A stretch of DNA of 64,000 nucleotides from Bacteroidota bacterium (GCA_013377005.1 JACABE010000008.1:15720-79719), one strand, 5' to 3'; positions 50,585-62,295 are shown, counted from the stretch's first letter. Notes: generated by a model from the letters alone, not told the origin. Numbers and translations are program-made.

Positions 50585-51283
50585 TTATTTTTTATCATAA
50601 TCAACTTCTTGAGCAGCTTTGCCTTTTTCATCGAAAAATTTCCATTTCCCTGCTTCTTTTCCATTGCGATAAAAACCTTCGTAACGTTTTTGTCCGTTTT
50701 CGTACCAAACATTTCGAATACTGTCGTTTACTCCATTTTTATAATAACCTTCGCTCCATAGGTTTCCACTTTCGTACCAATAACTCCATTTACCTTCTCT
50801 TTGATTTTTTAAAGACGTACCTACCATTTGAATTTTATAACTTGGGTAAAAAAACAATTCTGAAGTCATTTTTTCATTTAATTTAGTATAGATTACATGA
50901 TAAGGAGAGCCATTCGGATAAATTTCAGTAACAGAAATATTGCTTGAAGATTCTATATAAGATTTTTTATCTGGTTTTAATATTTCCCACTTTTGTAAGG
51001 CAATATTTGAAGTTATTTCAGTTTCAGCAAACTTATTGCCAGCTTCGTACCAGTATGTCCATTTGCCTGATCTTACCCCATTTTCAAATAAACCTTTATA
51101 CATTTCTTTTTGGCTCTGATAATAGCCAACTTCTCTAACTTTTATCTTAATACCCTCTTTCTTTTTAAAATATGTAACTACTTTAGGTTTACCATCTGGA
51201 TATTTTTCGGTTACTTCCTTTATTTCACCAGTACAAGCTGACAATGTAAAAATTGTCATTAATAAAACTATTATTCTTCTCAT
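50585..51283 (-). CDS. MORN-variant repeat lipoprotein
   Basis: LSAC lipobox; repeated GKWxYWYExG units. Start at the ATG at 51283. Confidence 0.8.
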   Translation of the reverse strand: MRRIIVLLMTIFTLSACTGEIKEVTEKYPDGKPKVVTYFKKKEGIKIKVREVGYYQSQKEMYKGLFENGVRSGKWTYWYEAGNKFAETEITSNIALQKWEILKPDKKSYIESSSNISVTEIYPNGSPYHVIYTKLNEKMTSELFFYPSYKIQMVGTSLKNQREGKWSYWYESGNLWSEGYYKNGVNDSIRNVWYENGQKRYEGFYRNGKEAGKWKFFDEKGKAAQEVDYDKK

Positions 51284-51492
51284 GATATGGAAATTTGACG
51301 GCAAAGTTATTGAAAAAAACCGAAAAAAATTCTTAAAAAAACTTACATAAAATTTGATCTGTTAAATTATGTTGTTGCTTTCAAAACTTCAATTATCTTT
51401 GCCTGAAAATCTATTGAATTATATTTTCAAGCGATTTCAAAAATATCAGTGTGTATATTTCTATTTCTAATGATTCAATTTAACTATCAAAT

Positions 51493-52461
51493 ATGAAAAA
51501 TAATCTTTACTTATTGCTGGTCAGTCTGATATTTTTTTTAAATTCATCTATTTGTATTGCTCAATTCTCTAAATCAGACAGTTTTTCAAAAGAGAAAAAA
51601 AAGCTCACGAATGCTACACTTTATGTTGCAATAGATCAGGAAGTAAATGATAACAATGCAACTTATGCAAAAATATTCGAGGAATACTGGAAATATTCTA
51701 AAATAGTCATTATTGACCCTAAAGATATAGGGAATTATCTTGATGAAGGTAACTACTTTTTCACTTTATCAGTAATCTATGAAAAAGGCTTTGATTTTGA
51801 AAAACCAGCAGCATTCCTTTTTTTTAGATATAATTTATGGACACCTAACCCTTCTTATCTTAAAAAGATAAAACGAAAAAATGACCCAGACATGGAAATT
51901 GATTTTAGCAGTTTAGCCTGGACCATTGCATCTATAGACCTTGTTTTCGATAAATCAGCATCCTTTAAAGTAGAAGACGTTTTAAAAGGAGAATATTTTG
52001 GCAATGGATATCCTTTATATACAGGAACTGGTATTTTTTAAAATTATATCCAGGGCTTTCAAATGTTTTTAGATGATACAAAAAGTCATTATTTCAGAAC
52101 AATTACAAATGTCAACAAAAGTGAAATCAAAAAACTTAGAAATGAAATTTTATATGTTCCTTCTTCGATTTTAGTTGATAATTCAGGCATCACTTTTAAT
52201 AATTACAAAAAGAATAAAAAACCACCCTTGAAAGCGAATACAATATTTGCACGTTATATTGGAAAATATAAAGTAATTAGTATTAAAGAGCTGAATGAAA
52301 AAATCATGGAAAGTGAAGAGCCCATTTATTATATCAGTCAACCCGATCAAGTAACTATTACCAATAGCAAAACAGGAGAAATCATTTTCGGGCAATCAAT
52401 GGTTTCCATCTCCACTGCATTGAATGAATTGATGGATATTATGGAAGAAGATGACAAATAG
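51493..52461 (+). pseudogene. Exported hypothetical protein gene interrupted by one in-frame TAA (52039-52041)
   Basis: ORFs 51493-52041 and 52063-52461 share a frame and the intervening 21 nt are open (GTGIF*NYIQGFQMFL). Only the first ORF has a signal peptide. Confidence 0.7.
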
Positions 52462-52462
52462 T

Positions 52463-55072
52463 CTAAAAAAGTTTGAGCAACTGCTCCCCTATTCCAATTT
52501 TATAACCATTGGATAAATAAATAATTTCTCCTTTTTCGTTTACAACTATAATTAGTGGGAGATTTTCAGCAAATTTTAATTTTGTTGTGGTTTCAATTTC
52601 TTTCAATACATCATTTTTATCATTTACCAGCAAGGATTGTTTTGGCATTTCGTTGATTAGCTGATTATCAAAAGTTTTATCAAAATTACGAGGAAGTATA
52701 AAAATCATATTCCCATCCCATTTTTCGAAATTCGTTTTTAGTTTACTGATGTCAACCAAAGCATGTTTAGTGGGTTCTTTGCCTGGCTCCAGCCATATTA
52801 AAATGCTATATTTATCTTTAACCTGTTGATAATTGAATGATTTATGTGTATTGTAATTTTCAAATTCAACATTATCATTAATCTTTCCAAATACTTTAGC
52901 TGCTTGTTTTGACTTGCGAAGTTTTATAGGTAAATCTATTGTTTGATTTGGCTTTAGTATAAAAAAACGCAAAGATGCCATTACTGCACCATCTTGTTTG
53001 CGATTACCTGTAACTAAAAGATAATCGCCAGATTCAACATTTATTTGACAAGGAAATGTTTTCAGGCGATTGTCCATTTCGTAATCCAGTGTATAATATT
53101 TACCATTTTTAAATTTCTCAATACTATAATGAGTTGAATATTCAGGAATTATCATTCCATTACTGGTATCGCTTTGAAGAACAATCGTTGATTTTGAAGC
53201 TGTATTTTCATCTTTCTTCTCAAAAACCTGATTGTTCCAACCATTCCAGTCGTAATACTGAGGAATTTTAGTAGCAGGTTCCAATCGGGCAGGAATACCC
53301 AAGCTTCTGCAAATAGCCACAAACAAAAGATCTCTTGAAGCAGCATCGGTAATACTCAATTCTAAGGAAGCTCTTGGTGTGATAGGTAAACGGTAGTAAT
53401 TGGCAGAATTGTCTATTTTAATATTCGTCAATATCCAATCAGCAATTTGCATAGCGTTCATTTCTTTTTTAGCTGAAAACTTCGCCTGAATAAAGCTTTT
53501 GTAAGGCTTTATCATCTCATCTCCGATTCTTGGATTGATGATATATTCTACATTCACGGAAGTGTCATATTTATCGGAGAGTTGAGCATTGTATAAATGA
53601 TCAAACAGAACATCCACTGTTACATCATGTAAATCTTTATCGGAAATTGCTTCTAATAAAGGCAGACATAAATATTTATATTCTGATTTTGTTTGATTCA
53701 AGAAAAATTGTATTTCAAGGCCATTACCTCTGCTTTTTTGTAAAATCATTCTTGTTTCTTCAACGTCTAATCCATTCGTTTTTGCTGTATTGATTGCAGT
53801 AAGGCTATCCATAAAAGTATTTTCATAGGATTTCCGAATACTGTCTTCGTATTTTACACGGTTGTTATTAAGTTCGCGGGTTTGATCGCTTACTATTACT
53901 TCAATCTCGCGAGGAATGGGAGGTGTAATATCCATATCCAGGGAATAATCAGCCCCTGGTTTTTTATCAAGAATAATCGTAACTGTATCTTTATTCTCTA
54001 CACATACTTTTTCGTAGCCGAATTCATTCCCTTTACTCGCCCAGATAAGCAAATCGCCATATCCTGTTTTTAAAGAAGCAAGCCCACTCTTGCCTATTGT
54101 TTTTACTGCAATCGGATAGAATTCTGCATAATTATACAGCTGAAATTCAACTTGTGCACTATCCACAACCTGATAAATCTTATTGATTACTTTTACATAA
54201 ATTGTTTTAACAGGTGCATAATTTGCGAGTAAATTGATTTTTGTAAAACGTTCATTTTTCTGTAATACTTCTTCATCACCCCAATAATTGCCAAAAACTG
54301 TAGTATTGACCATCATACATCTTTTGGAAGGTGCAGCAAACCACCCTAAGTCCAGATCGGGTTCGGGTTCGCAAGCTCCCAGAAAGTGCCATTTCCCATC
54401 TACCCATACTTCCACCCAAGCATGATTATCGTCGCTGTGTGCCCAACGGGGTGTATAACATTGGCGAGCAGGAATTCCTACAGACCTCATTGCAGCAACA
54501 GTAAAAGTTGATTCTTCACCACATCGCCCCAAGGCATTCTTCACTGTATTCAACGGAGAACTTGTACGTGCATCACAGCCCTGATAAGCCACTTTTTCGT
54601 GACACCAGTGATTTACTTCTAATGCGGCATCTTTCATGCTCATATGCCTAATTCTATCCTTTAGTTCTTTAAAAAACACAACTCTTGCCGTATCCATATT
54701 TTCGTTGTTCACACGACAAGGCAATACAAAATGCCGGAATATCATTTCCGGTATGTTTTTTCCCCATGAAAATGTAGCTCGTGCTTCAAAAATTGCCTTT
54801 ACTTGCTGTAAGTAAAAATCGCCCTGATAATCTGCCAGATCACTCAAGGGCATATAGGCATATAAAAAATACAGCGCTTCGCGTTCCTCCAGACTAAGAT
54901 TTTGATTAAAAACAGCAAACAAATCAACTTCGCGTTTTATAGCCAGTTGTTTTTGTTTTTCAAACATCAACATGGTTTGTTTGCGATATGCCTCATCGGT
55001 AATAAAATGTTTTTCTTGAGCAATACCAGTAATAGTGCTCAATATAAATGCAATAAACAATATTTTTTTCAA
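52463..55072 (-). CDS. Secreted transglutaminase-like domain protein
   Basis: Signal peptide (TTG start); GRCGEESTFTVAAMRSVGIPARQ and NHAWVEVW; a second degenerate repeat VAICRSLGIPAR. Confidence 0.88.
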   Translation of the reverse strand: MKKILFIAFILSTITGIAQEKHFITDEAYRKQTMLMFEKQKQLAIKREVDLFAVFNQNLSLEEREALYFLYAYMPLSDLADYQGDFYLQQVKAIFEARATFSWGKNIPEMIFRHFVLPCRVNNENMDTARVVFFKELKDRIRHMSMKDAALEVNHWCHEKVAYQGCDARTSSPLNTVKNALGRCGEESTFTVAAMRSVGIPARQCYTPRWAHSDDNHAWVEVWVDGKWHFLGACEPEPDLDLGWFAAPSKRCMMVNTTVFGNYWGDEEVLQKNERFTKINLLANYAPVKTIYVKVINKIYQVVDSAQVEFQLYNYAEFYPIAVKTIGKSGLASLKTGYGDLLIWASKGNEFGYEKVCVENKDTVTIILDKKPGADYSLDMDITPPIPREIEVIVSDQTRELNNNRVKYEDSIRKSYENTFMDSLTAINTAKTNGLDVEETRMILQKSRGNGLEIQFFLNQTKSEYKYLCLPLLEAISDKDLHDVTVDVLFDHLYNAQLSDKYDTSVNVEYIINPRIGDEMIKPYKSFIQAKFSAKKEMNAMQIADWILTNIKIDNSANYYRLPITPRASLELSITDAASRDLLFVAICRSLGIPARLEPATKIPQYYDWNGWNNQVFEKKDENTASKSTIVLQSDTSNGMIIPEYSTHYSIEKFKNGKYYTLDYEMDNRLKTFPCQINVESGDYLLVTGNRKQDGAVMASLRFFILKPNQTIDLPIKLRKSKQAAKVFGKINDNVEFENYNTHKSFNYQQVKDKYSILIWLEPGKEPTKHALVDISKLKTNFEKWDGNMIFILPRNFDKTFDNQLINEMPKQSLLVNDKNDVLKEIETTTKLKFAENLPLIIVVNEKGEIIYLSNGYKIGIGEQLLKLF

Positions 55073-55137
55073 AGCTGAAAGATTTAGAAAATGAAGTGGT
55101 AAAAGTAAGAATTTTCTTAAAACGATTTAGGAAAGAT

Positions 55138-56088
55138 TTATTTTATACCATTTTCTCTTATGGTGTTCAATTCATTGGCACTGAATAATTGTGCCTGAAA
55201 CAAATTAAGGTATTCTTCAGAAACTGATTGGTTAAAAATCATAATATCATCCGAATTAATGGTAATATTAATACCATAATCAGCAAGTATTCTTGCAGGA
55301 TGCGATTGTAAGTTTTGAACTCTACAGAGTACAACATTGCTGGTAGGACAAATATTTAAGCGAATATTATTGTTTCTCAACCATTTCATTACATTGGGAG
55401 AATTAGAAGCTGCAATACCATGCTGAACTTCATCAAGTTCTAGTGTTTCTACAGTATATCTTACCGATTCGGCATTACCAAATTCGCCAGCATGAGATTT
55501 AAGCTTTAAATGATGACTTTTTGCAGATTTATAAATTGGAATATAGTTTTTTGAATCTTTTGCTAATTCATCACCATAAAGGTCAATAGATTTAAAATAT
55601 CCACTTTCAATACATGGATAAATACAAGATTCAATATCTGAAATTTTTAGATTTCTACTTAAACCTATTTCGGGATAATATAGTATTTCCGGAGCTTCGT
55701 CCTGATGAATCTGTTTTAACAACTTAACAAATCCGATTTCTTTATCTGTAAATAAGTTAACAAATAAGCAATCCACACTCATTTCTAATTTTTGGATACC
55801 ATCTTGCTTAGCATGTTTGAATGCAAGTCTTAAAGAAGTTTCTAAACCTTTTAAGCTTACGATATGCTCACGTAAATTATGGATAATATAATTATCCATT
55901 TCGGCAATATCTTTAAGTGATAAAGGCGGTGGTAAAATCTTTTGTCCAATAGTTTTTTCAAAATCGCTCAATCGACTACCTAAAGGGGCATGGTTATGCA
56001 AATCACTTTTGGGAACACTTGACAGCAAGGCTAAATCAGAATCTTGCAGCGCTTTTAGAAATTGCTTAGAATTATCTGTTATTTGCAT
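55138..56088 (-). CDS. Adenosine/adenine deaminase family metallohydrolase
   Basis: DLHNH, HAGE, HG, ICPTSN and NSDD. Confidence 0.88.
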   Translation of the reverse strand: MQITDNSKQFLKALQDSDLALLSSVPKSDLHNHAPLGSRLSDFEKTIGQKILPPPLSLKDIAEMDNYIIHNLREHIVSLKGLETSLRLAFKHAKQDGIQKLEMSVDCLFVNLFTDKEIGFVKLLKQIHQDEAPEILYYPEIGLSRNLKISDIESCIYPCIESGYFKSIDLYGDELAKDSKNYIPIYKSAKSHHLKLKSHAGEFGNAESVRYTVETLELDEVQHGIAASNSPNVMKWLRNNNIRLNICPTSNVVLCRVQNLQSHPARILADYGINITINSDDIMIFNQSVSEEYLNLFQAQLFSANELNTIRENGIK

Positions 56089-56156
56089 ATATTCTTAGGT
56101 TTATTGATTTCTTTAAATAACAAAATATATTTGCGAAAGTAAAAATTATTCCAAAC

Positions 56157-56184
56157 AAAAAAAGCCGGTTTAAATCGGCTTTTT
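56157..56184 (-). terminator. Terminator after infB
   Basis: AAAAAAAGCCGGTTT-AAATCGGCTTTTT hairpin. Confidence 0.8.
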
Positions 56185-56205
56185 AAATTTTTAAAAAAAA
56201 TTAGC

Positions 56206-59200
56206 TTACAGCTTGCGTTTTACTTCAGTTTCTTCATAACCTTCTACAATATCACCCACTTTAATATCATTGAAATTATCAATGTTTAATCCGCATTCAA
56301 ATCCTGAGTTTACTTCTTTTACATCATCTTTAAAACGTTTCAACGAACCTAATCTTCCTGTGTAAACTACAATACCATCACGAATAATCCTGATCTTAGT
56401 ATTTCGTGTAATTTTACCATCCAAAACCATACAACCTGCAATAGTTCCAACTTTGGTAATTTTGAATACTTCACGGATTTCGATATTACAAATAATTTTT
56501 TCAACAATATCAGGTGAAAGCATTCCTTCAATAGCAGCTTTAATTTCGTTAATAGCAGTATAAATAATTGAATACAAACGAATATCAATTTGTTCTTGTT
56601 CAGCCAGTTTACGAGCACTCATTGAAGGACGAACCTGGAAGCCAATGATAATAGCTTCTGATGCAGAAGCAAGTAATACATCGGACTCTGTAATCTGTCC
56701 TACGGATTTGTGAATAACCTGTACCTGAACCTCAGCATTAGATAGTTTCAACAATGAATCAGCCAAAGCTTCTACAGAACCATCTACGTCACCTTTCACA
56801 ATAATATTTAATTGTTTGAAATCGCCAATAGCTATACGACGACCAATTTCATCTAACGTAATATGTTTTTGAGTTCTAATACCTTGTTCACGTTGCAACT
56901 GTAAACGTTTGCTCGAAATATCTTTAGCCTCACGTTCATCGGTCATTACATTAAATTTATCACCCGCTTGTGGAGCTCCATTTAAACCTAATAACAATAC
57001 CGGAGTTGAAGGACCTGCTGTTTTCACCAATGCATTGCGTTCATTGTACATGGCTTTTACTTTACCATAAGTGGAACCGGCCAATACAACATCTCCGATT
57101 TTTATTGTTCCATCCTGAACTAATATTTTAGCTACATATCCACGACCTTTATCAAGTGAAGATTCTATAACAGTTCCAATAGCTTTTTTATTTGGATTTC
57201 CTTTTAAATCGAGTAATTCTGCTTCTAATAATACTTTTTCAAGTAGCTGTTCTACATTTATACCCTTTTTAGCTGAAATTTCCTGACTTTGATATTTTCC
57301 ACCCCAATCTTCCACCAAAATATTCATTTGAGCTAATCCTTCTTTTATTTTTTCAGGACTTGCATTTTCTTTATCAATTTTATTGATAGCGAATACAATA
57401 GGAACATTAGCTGCTTGAGCATGGTTAATGGCTTCAATTGTTTGTGGCATAATTTTATCATCAGCTGCAACTACAATAATGGCAACATCAGTTACTTTAG
57501 CACCACGGGCACGCATAGCAGTAAATGCTTCGTGGCCAGGTGTATCTAAGAAAGTTATCTTTTTACCATTTGGTAATTTAACTTCATACGAACCAATATG
57601 TTGAGTAATTCCACCTGCTTCTCCAGCAATTACATTCGAATGTCGAATATAGTCAAGCAGGGACGTTTTACCATGGTCAACGTGTCCCATTACAGCAACT
57701 ATAGGAGCTCTTGGAAGTAAATCTTCTTCATTATCCGTTTCTTCTGAAATATTAATAGCATCCAATACTTCAACACTAACAAAATCAACTTTATATCCAA
57801 ACTCATCTGCAACTATATTCAGTGCTTCGGCATCTAAACGTTGATTAATAGAAACAAACATACCTAAAGACATGCAAGTAGAAATAACACTTGTAACCGG
57901 CACATCCATCATGTTGGCTAATTCATTAGCAGTTACAAACTCTGTAACTTTAATGATTTTCTTTTCTTCAAGCTGCTTTTGCTGATCATCCTGAAATTGC
58001 TGACTTACCTGACTTCTTTTTTCTCTACGATATTTCGAGGTTTTAGATTTACCCAGAGGATTCATACGAGCCAAAGTTTCTTTGATTTGCTTTTCGATAG
58101 CATTATCGTCAACAACTGCTTTTATAACTTTAAATTCGCTTTTCTTTTTTCCCTTGGTTTCTTCTTTTACCCTGTGTTTTACACCATCAGGTCTTGTAGT
58201 TTCAGGCTTTTTGTTTAAAGCATTTATATTTTCAACTGCTTTATTTTTTTCTTTGATACGAGGTCTCTTCTTATCTGTGTGTTTGTCAGAAGAAGAAGCA
58301 ACGGGTTGTTTTTTAATTTGAGGCTTGTTAAATTCAGACAAATCAATTTTACCCTGAATTTTAGGTCCTTCTAATTTAGTATATTTTGTTTGAATAAAAT
58401 TAACCTGAGTTGCATCTTTAGTATCAACAACTTCTTGAATTATTTCTGCAATCGGTTCTTTTTCCAATTCAATAATTGGAGTTGATTCAACAACAACTTC
58501 TTCCGAAATTTCTTCCGTTTTGCTTTTTAAATCAGCTTTTTTCTTTACTTTTTCTTTCTCTTTTTCAGCTTTTGTTTTTTTATCGGGCTTGGTTTTTAAA
58601 TTGATTTTAGATAAATCAAGCATCCCGACAATTTTTATTTTATTTTCAGTATCAGCAGTTTCTTGTTGATCGATTTCTTCTATTGATTGAATTGCTTCTT
58701 CTTTTATCGTTTCCAATACAGGAGCAATATATTCTTCTTTGGTTTCTGGAATTACTTCTTTTACAACTTCAATGATAGTTTCTTTGTGTTCGATAATAGG
58801 AAGAACAAGATCTGCTTCAATTTCAGGAATCTCAGCAACAACTTCTACTTGTTTTATTGGTTGAGGAACATCAACAATAGGTTGTTGAACTTCCTCTTTC
58901 TTAGGAAGAATAGGTTCTGCTTTTTTGAAATCATTAGCCGAAATAGAGCTTTTTACATGAGTTTCCTGATAATCCTCTTCCTCAAACTTATGTTTTTCTT
59001 TTTCAATAGTTTCAATAGACAAAGTTTGACGATTCGTAAATTCCAAGCCAATTTTTTTGGCTTCTTCTTTTACATTTTTTTCGGACTGAAACTCTTTTAG
59101 CAAAAGTTCATACATGGTATCCGAAATTTTTGTGTTTGGATTATTTTCCACAGTATGCCCTTTCTTTAAAAGAAAATCAACAACGGTTGCTATACCAATG

Positions 59201-59253
59201 TTAAATTCTTTTGCAGCTTTGCTCAATCGGATGTTTTTATTTTCCTCTGCCAT
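56206..59253 (-). CDS. infB: Translation initiation factor IF-2
   Basis: [31 protein letters not shown] and [12 protein letters not shown]. Start placed at [10 protein letters not shown] (59253). Confidence 0.98.
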   Translation of the reverse strand: MAEENKNIRLSKAAKEFNIGIATVVDFLLKKGHTVENNPNTKISDTMYELLLKEFQSEKNVKEEAKKIGLEFTNRQTLSIETIEKEKHKFEEEDYQETHVKSSISANDFKKAEPILPKKEEVQQPIVDVPQPIKQVEVVAEIPEIEADLVLPIIEHKETIIEVVKEVIPETKEEYIAPVLETIKEEAIQSIEEIDQQETADTENKIKIVGMLDLSKINLKTKPDKKTKAEKEKEKVKKKADLKSKTEEISEEVVVESTPIIELEKEPIAEIIQEVVDTKDATQVNFIQTKYTKLEGPKIQGKIDLSEFNKPQIKKQPVASSSDKHTDKKRPRIKEKNKAVENINALNKKPETTRPDGVKHRVKEETKGKKKSEFKVIKAVVDDNAIEKQIKETLARMNPLGKSKTSKYRREKRSQVSQQFQDDQQKQLEEKKIIKVTEFVTANELANMMDVPVTSVISTCMSLGMFVSINQRLDAEALNIVADEFGYKVDFVSVEVLDAINISEETDNEEDLLPRAPIVAVMGHVDHGKTSLLDYIRHSNVIAGEAGGITQHIGSYEVKLPNGKKITFLDTPGHEAFTAMRARGAKVTDVAIIVVAADDKIMPQTIEAINHAQAANVPIVFAINKIDKENASPEKIKEGLAQMNILVEDWGGKYQSQEISAKKGINVEQLLEKVLLEAELLDLKGNPNKKAIGTVIESSLDKGRGYVAKILVQDGTIKIGDVVLAGSTYGKVKAMYNERNALVKTAGPSTPVLLLGLNGAPQAGDKFNVMTDEREAKDISSKRLQLQREQGIRTQKHITLDEIGRRIAIGDFKQLNIIVKGDVDGSVEALADSLLKLSNAEVQVQVIHKSVGQITESDVLLASASEAIIIGFQVRPSMSARKLAEQEQIDIRLYSIIYTAINEIKAAIEGMLSPDIVEKIICNIEIREVFKITKVGTIAGCMVLDGKITRNTKIRIIRDGIVVYTGRLGSLKRFKDDVKEVNSGFECGLNIDNFNDIKVGDIVEGYEETEVKRKL

Positions 59254-59331
59254 CTTATTTTTATTTTTATTCCCTGATATTGCAGTTCCTATATTTATTA
59301 TGCTTTGAAGGTATGTTAGTATTTTCAATGA

Positions 59332-60567
59332 TTATTCAAATTCTGATTTCAAAATCCTAACAACTTCATTAATCGTCTCTTCTTCTAAATCGGTACGTTT
59401 TACCAACTCTTTTACACTTATGTCGAGAACACTTCTGGCTGTATCGCAACCAATATTTTTCAATTCATCAATAATCCATTGATCAATTTCGTCAGCAAAT
59501 TCCTGCAGATCAACATCCTCTACATAAGAATCTGTATCACGGTAAACATCAATTTCGTAACCGGTTAGCTTTCCGGCAAGTTTAATATTATAACCACCTT
59601 TGCCAATAGCCAGCGAAACCTGATCGGGCTTCATAAACACATCGGCTCTTTTGGTTTCGTCATCAATTTTAATAGAAGATATTTTTGCGGGGTTCAATGC
59701 TCTGGTAATATATAATTCAGGATTGGTAGTGAAATTAATTACATCAATATTTTCGTTACGTAATTCTCTCACAATACCATGAATACGGCTACCTTTCATC
59801 CCAACGCATGCTCCTACAGGATCAATGCGATCGTCATAAGATTCAACGGCTATTTTAGCTTTTTCGCCGGGAACTCTAACTATATTTTTAATAGTAATTA
59901 ATCCATCATACACTTCTGGTACTTCAGCTTCAAACAACCTTTCCAGAAAAACAGGAGAAGTTCTTGATAAAATAATATGAGGTGTATTGTTACGTAGTTC
60001 AACCTGCAACACAACTGCACGAATAGCATCACCTTTTCTGTAAAAATCGGATGGAATTTGTTCTGATTTTGGCAATAATAATTCAATGCCTTCATCGTCT
60101 AACACCATTACTTCTTTCTTCCATACCTGATATACTTCACCTGTAACAATCTCGCCTACTTTTTCGCTGTATTTTTTATATACGTTGTTTTTTTCGTATT
60201 CCTGAATTTTAGAAATCAAATTTTGACGTATGGCTAAGATTTCTCTTCTACCAAAGTCTTTCATTTTTATTTCTTCGGTAACTTCTTCTCCTATTTCAAA
60301 ATCGGGTTCTATCTTTATAGCTTCAGAGTATTCAATTTCCAAATTGTCATCTTCCGACATACCGTCTTCTACAATAATTCTGTTGCGCCAAATTTCCAAA
60401 TCACCTTTATCGATGTTTACAATAATGTCGTAATTATCATCCTGTCCGTATTTTTTTATCAACATGCTTCTAAACACATCTTCTAAAATACGCATCATGG
60501 TTTCACGATCAATATTTTTAAATTCTTTAAATTCCGAAAATGATTCTACTAAATTAATATTCTCCAT
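59332..60567 (-). CDS. nusA: Transcription termination/antitermination protein NusA
   Basis: FGRREI, S1 domain, IDPVGACVGMKGSRI and SLAIGKGG. Confidence 0.98.
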   Translation of the reverse strand: MENINLVESFSEFKEFKNIDRETMMRILEDVFRSMLIKKYGQDDNYDIIVNIDKGDLEIWRNRIIVEDGMSEDDNLEIEYSEAIKIEPDFEIGEEVTEEIKMKDFGRREILAIRQNLISKIQEYEKNNVYKKYSEKVGEIVTGEVYQVWKKEVMVLDDEGIELLLPKSEQIPSDFYRKGDAIRAVVLQVELRNNTPHIILSRTSPVFLERLFEAEVPEVYDGLITIKNIVRVPGEKAKIAVESYDDRIDPVGACVGMKGSRIHGIVRELRNENIDVINFTTNPELYITRALNPAKISSIKIDDETKRADVFMKPDQVSLAIGKGGYNIKLAGKLTGYEIDVYRDTDSYVEDVDLQEFADEIDQWIIDELKNIGCDTARSVLDISVKELVKRTDLEEETINEVVRILKSEFE

Positions 60568-60596
60568 TTTAATTCATTTTTTAAAATGTAACAAGT

Positions 60597-61058
60597 TTAT
60601 TTGAATGTTATAACAACTTTTGTTTCTTTAATATCCTTGAAATTAATGATTTTATTTATATCAGCAATTTCTTCGGTTTTCTTTTTCTTTTTTGCCGGAA
60701 GCAACTCAATACGAATGTTTTTTTCGTCAACGGCTTTTAAAACTCCTGTAAGTTTAATGCCATCGATTAATTTTACATCTACCGTTCTTCCAATGTTTTT
60801 AACATATTGACGATTTACACGTAAACCCAAATCCAAACCTGCTGAAGAAACATCCAATTCAAAATCTTCTGTTTCACGATCAAGATTTGATTCTATTTTA
60901 CGACTCAATGCAATGCAATCAGCAATGGTTACACCATTATCACCATCAATAAAAACAATGATCTGATTGCTTGCACTCACACTGAATTCTACCAGAAACT
61001 TATCGGTTCCGGTAAGGTGTTCTTCAATCAAATCGGCTATTTTCTGTTTGCTAATCAT
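60597..61058 (-). CDS. rimP: Ribosome maturation factor RimP
   Basis: IDGDNGVTIADCIALSR and FELDVSSAG; first gene of rimP-nusA-infB. Start at MISKQK (61058). Confidence 0.93.
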   Translation of the reverse strand: MISKQKIADLIEEHLTGTDKFLVEFSVSASNQIIVFIDGDNGVTIADCIALSRKIESNLDRETEDFELDVSSAGLDLGLRVNRQYVKNIGRTVDVKLIDGIKLTGVLKAVDEKNIRIELLPAKKKKKTEEIADINKIINFKDIKETKVVITFK

Positions 61059-61073
61059 ACTTATTTTTGTAAT

Positions 61074-61098
61074 AAAAGAGGGGACATTTAGTCCCCTC
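61074..61098 (-). promoter_or_regulatory. rimP-leader terminator-like hairpin
   Basis: Minus strand GAGGGGAC-TAAAT-GTCCCCTC-TTTT, about 15 nt before the rimP start; -7 element TATCTTTG at 61164-61171. Confidence 0.75.
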
Positions 61099-61437
61099 AA
61101 TATCTTTTTCTCTGTTGATATTCACTCAAAAGTGAGATTTGAATACCAAACCCAAATCGACTGCAAAGATATTAAATATCTTTTAATTATATAATAAAAT
61201 TATAAAAATATTCTTTTTACTCTTATTTTATTTGTTTTAAGCTGACAAACAGTTGGAATTATATATATTGAAGTTCTTTTTGTGGAAAGATTCTGACTAA
61301 AATTTTGAAAGTATAATTATTTATTCATTGAAAGTATAATAGGCATAAACTTTATTTAATAAGCTAAAAAATCGATAAAACCCAAAAACAAAACTATACA
61401 ATTCATATTCCTTAGCTGTAAAATCTTTTTATAAAAC

Positions 61438-61471
61438 AAAACCCCGATGTCAATATAAGATATCGGGGTTT
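61438..61471 (-). terminator. Terminator after the e(P4) gene
   Basis: AAACCCCGAT...ATCGGGGTTT inverted repeat. Confidence 0.75.
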
Positions 61472-61494
61472 ATAGCAAAAGCTTACGTTTTTTC

Positions 61495-62295
61495 CTAAAA
61501 ATCCTTTAGCAATGATTTTCTTAATTCAGGTTTTGTTCTGCTGGTATCGGTTTTATACATAGCTCCTTCCCAATCGCCATACATGGCATTGGGTAATACT
61601 ATAAAACGTTTCCCAAATTCGCTACGAAGTTCAGTAGTTTTAGCATCACGTGTTTCGAGGGAGGTTTTGTCGAAAACAGCCGAAAAATCAGTCAAATTAT
61701 CACCAGCCAATAAAACGATACGGTATTTTTCCATGATTTTCAAACGGCGATTTTCCTTTGAAGATTCATTTTTCTTAGGAATCAAATGCAAAGTATCAGC
61801 CATCGGGAAGTTTTGTTCTTTTAAGTTTTTAAGGGTTATTGCCATTTCTTTTTCTGTACGATTGGTAACATAAAATACAGCAACACCTTTGTTGGCAGCA
61901 TAATTCAGAAATTCAGCAGCACCAGGCAAAGCTTTTGCTTTTGCCAATGAAGTCCATACATACCAGTCATCGGGGTATTTTGCATTTTGTGTAATCATTT
62001 TGGCTTCAAACGGACTGTTGTCGAGCACAGTTTCGTCGATATCAACCACTACAGCACGTTTTCCTTTTAGTTTTTTATTGGCAAGATCTTTATCCAACAT
62101 CATCTGCGCAAGATTAAAAGCCTGATAATATAGCGCTTTGCATTCTGCCGCACGTTGCTGATACAATACAGCCATTGTCAGATGATCGTTGTTAATAATT
62201 GGAGTTTTAGCAGACTGGGCAATGCTTTTATTTGCGTTTGAAAGAAATAAAACAACAATAAGTATTAATAAGAAGGATTTTTTTTGTATTCGCAT
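61495..62295 (-). CDS. 5'-nucleotidase / class C acid phosphatase (e(P4) family)
   Basis: VDIDETVLDNSP, YVTNR, GDNLTDF and LPNAMYGDWE. Confidence 0.93.
   Translation of the reverse strand: MRIQKKSFLLILIVVLFLSNANKSIAQSAKTPIINNDHLTMAVLYQQRAAECKALYYQAFNLAQMMLDKDLANKKLKGKRAVVVDIDETVLDNSPFEAKMITQNAKYPDDWYVWTSLAKAKALPGAAEFLNYAANKGVAVFYVTNRTEKEMAITLKNLKEQNFPMADTLHLIPKKNESSKENRRLKIMEKYRIVLLAGDNLTDFSAVFDKTSLETRDAKTTELRSEFGKRFIVLPNAMYGDWEGAMYKTDTSRTKPELRKSLLKDF

Noticed and set aside
50585-51283. YwqK-type antitoxin of a toxin-antitoxin system
   Set aside because: MORN-variant repeats often receive this label, but this protein is a lipoprotein with no adjacent toxin.
52039-52041. Programmed readthrough, selenocysteine or an alternative genetic code
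   Set aside because: The stop is TAA, which ends most genes in this window. No recoding signal is evident.
50492-56100. Genomic island or prophage integrated at the tRNA
   Set aside because: No integrase, no duplicated tRNA 3' end and no phage genes. A normal terminator follows the tRNA.
57950-59100. Plus-strand ORFs and low-complexity sequence inside infB
   Set aside because: Antisense shadows of the Glu/Lys-rich IF2 N-terminal region.
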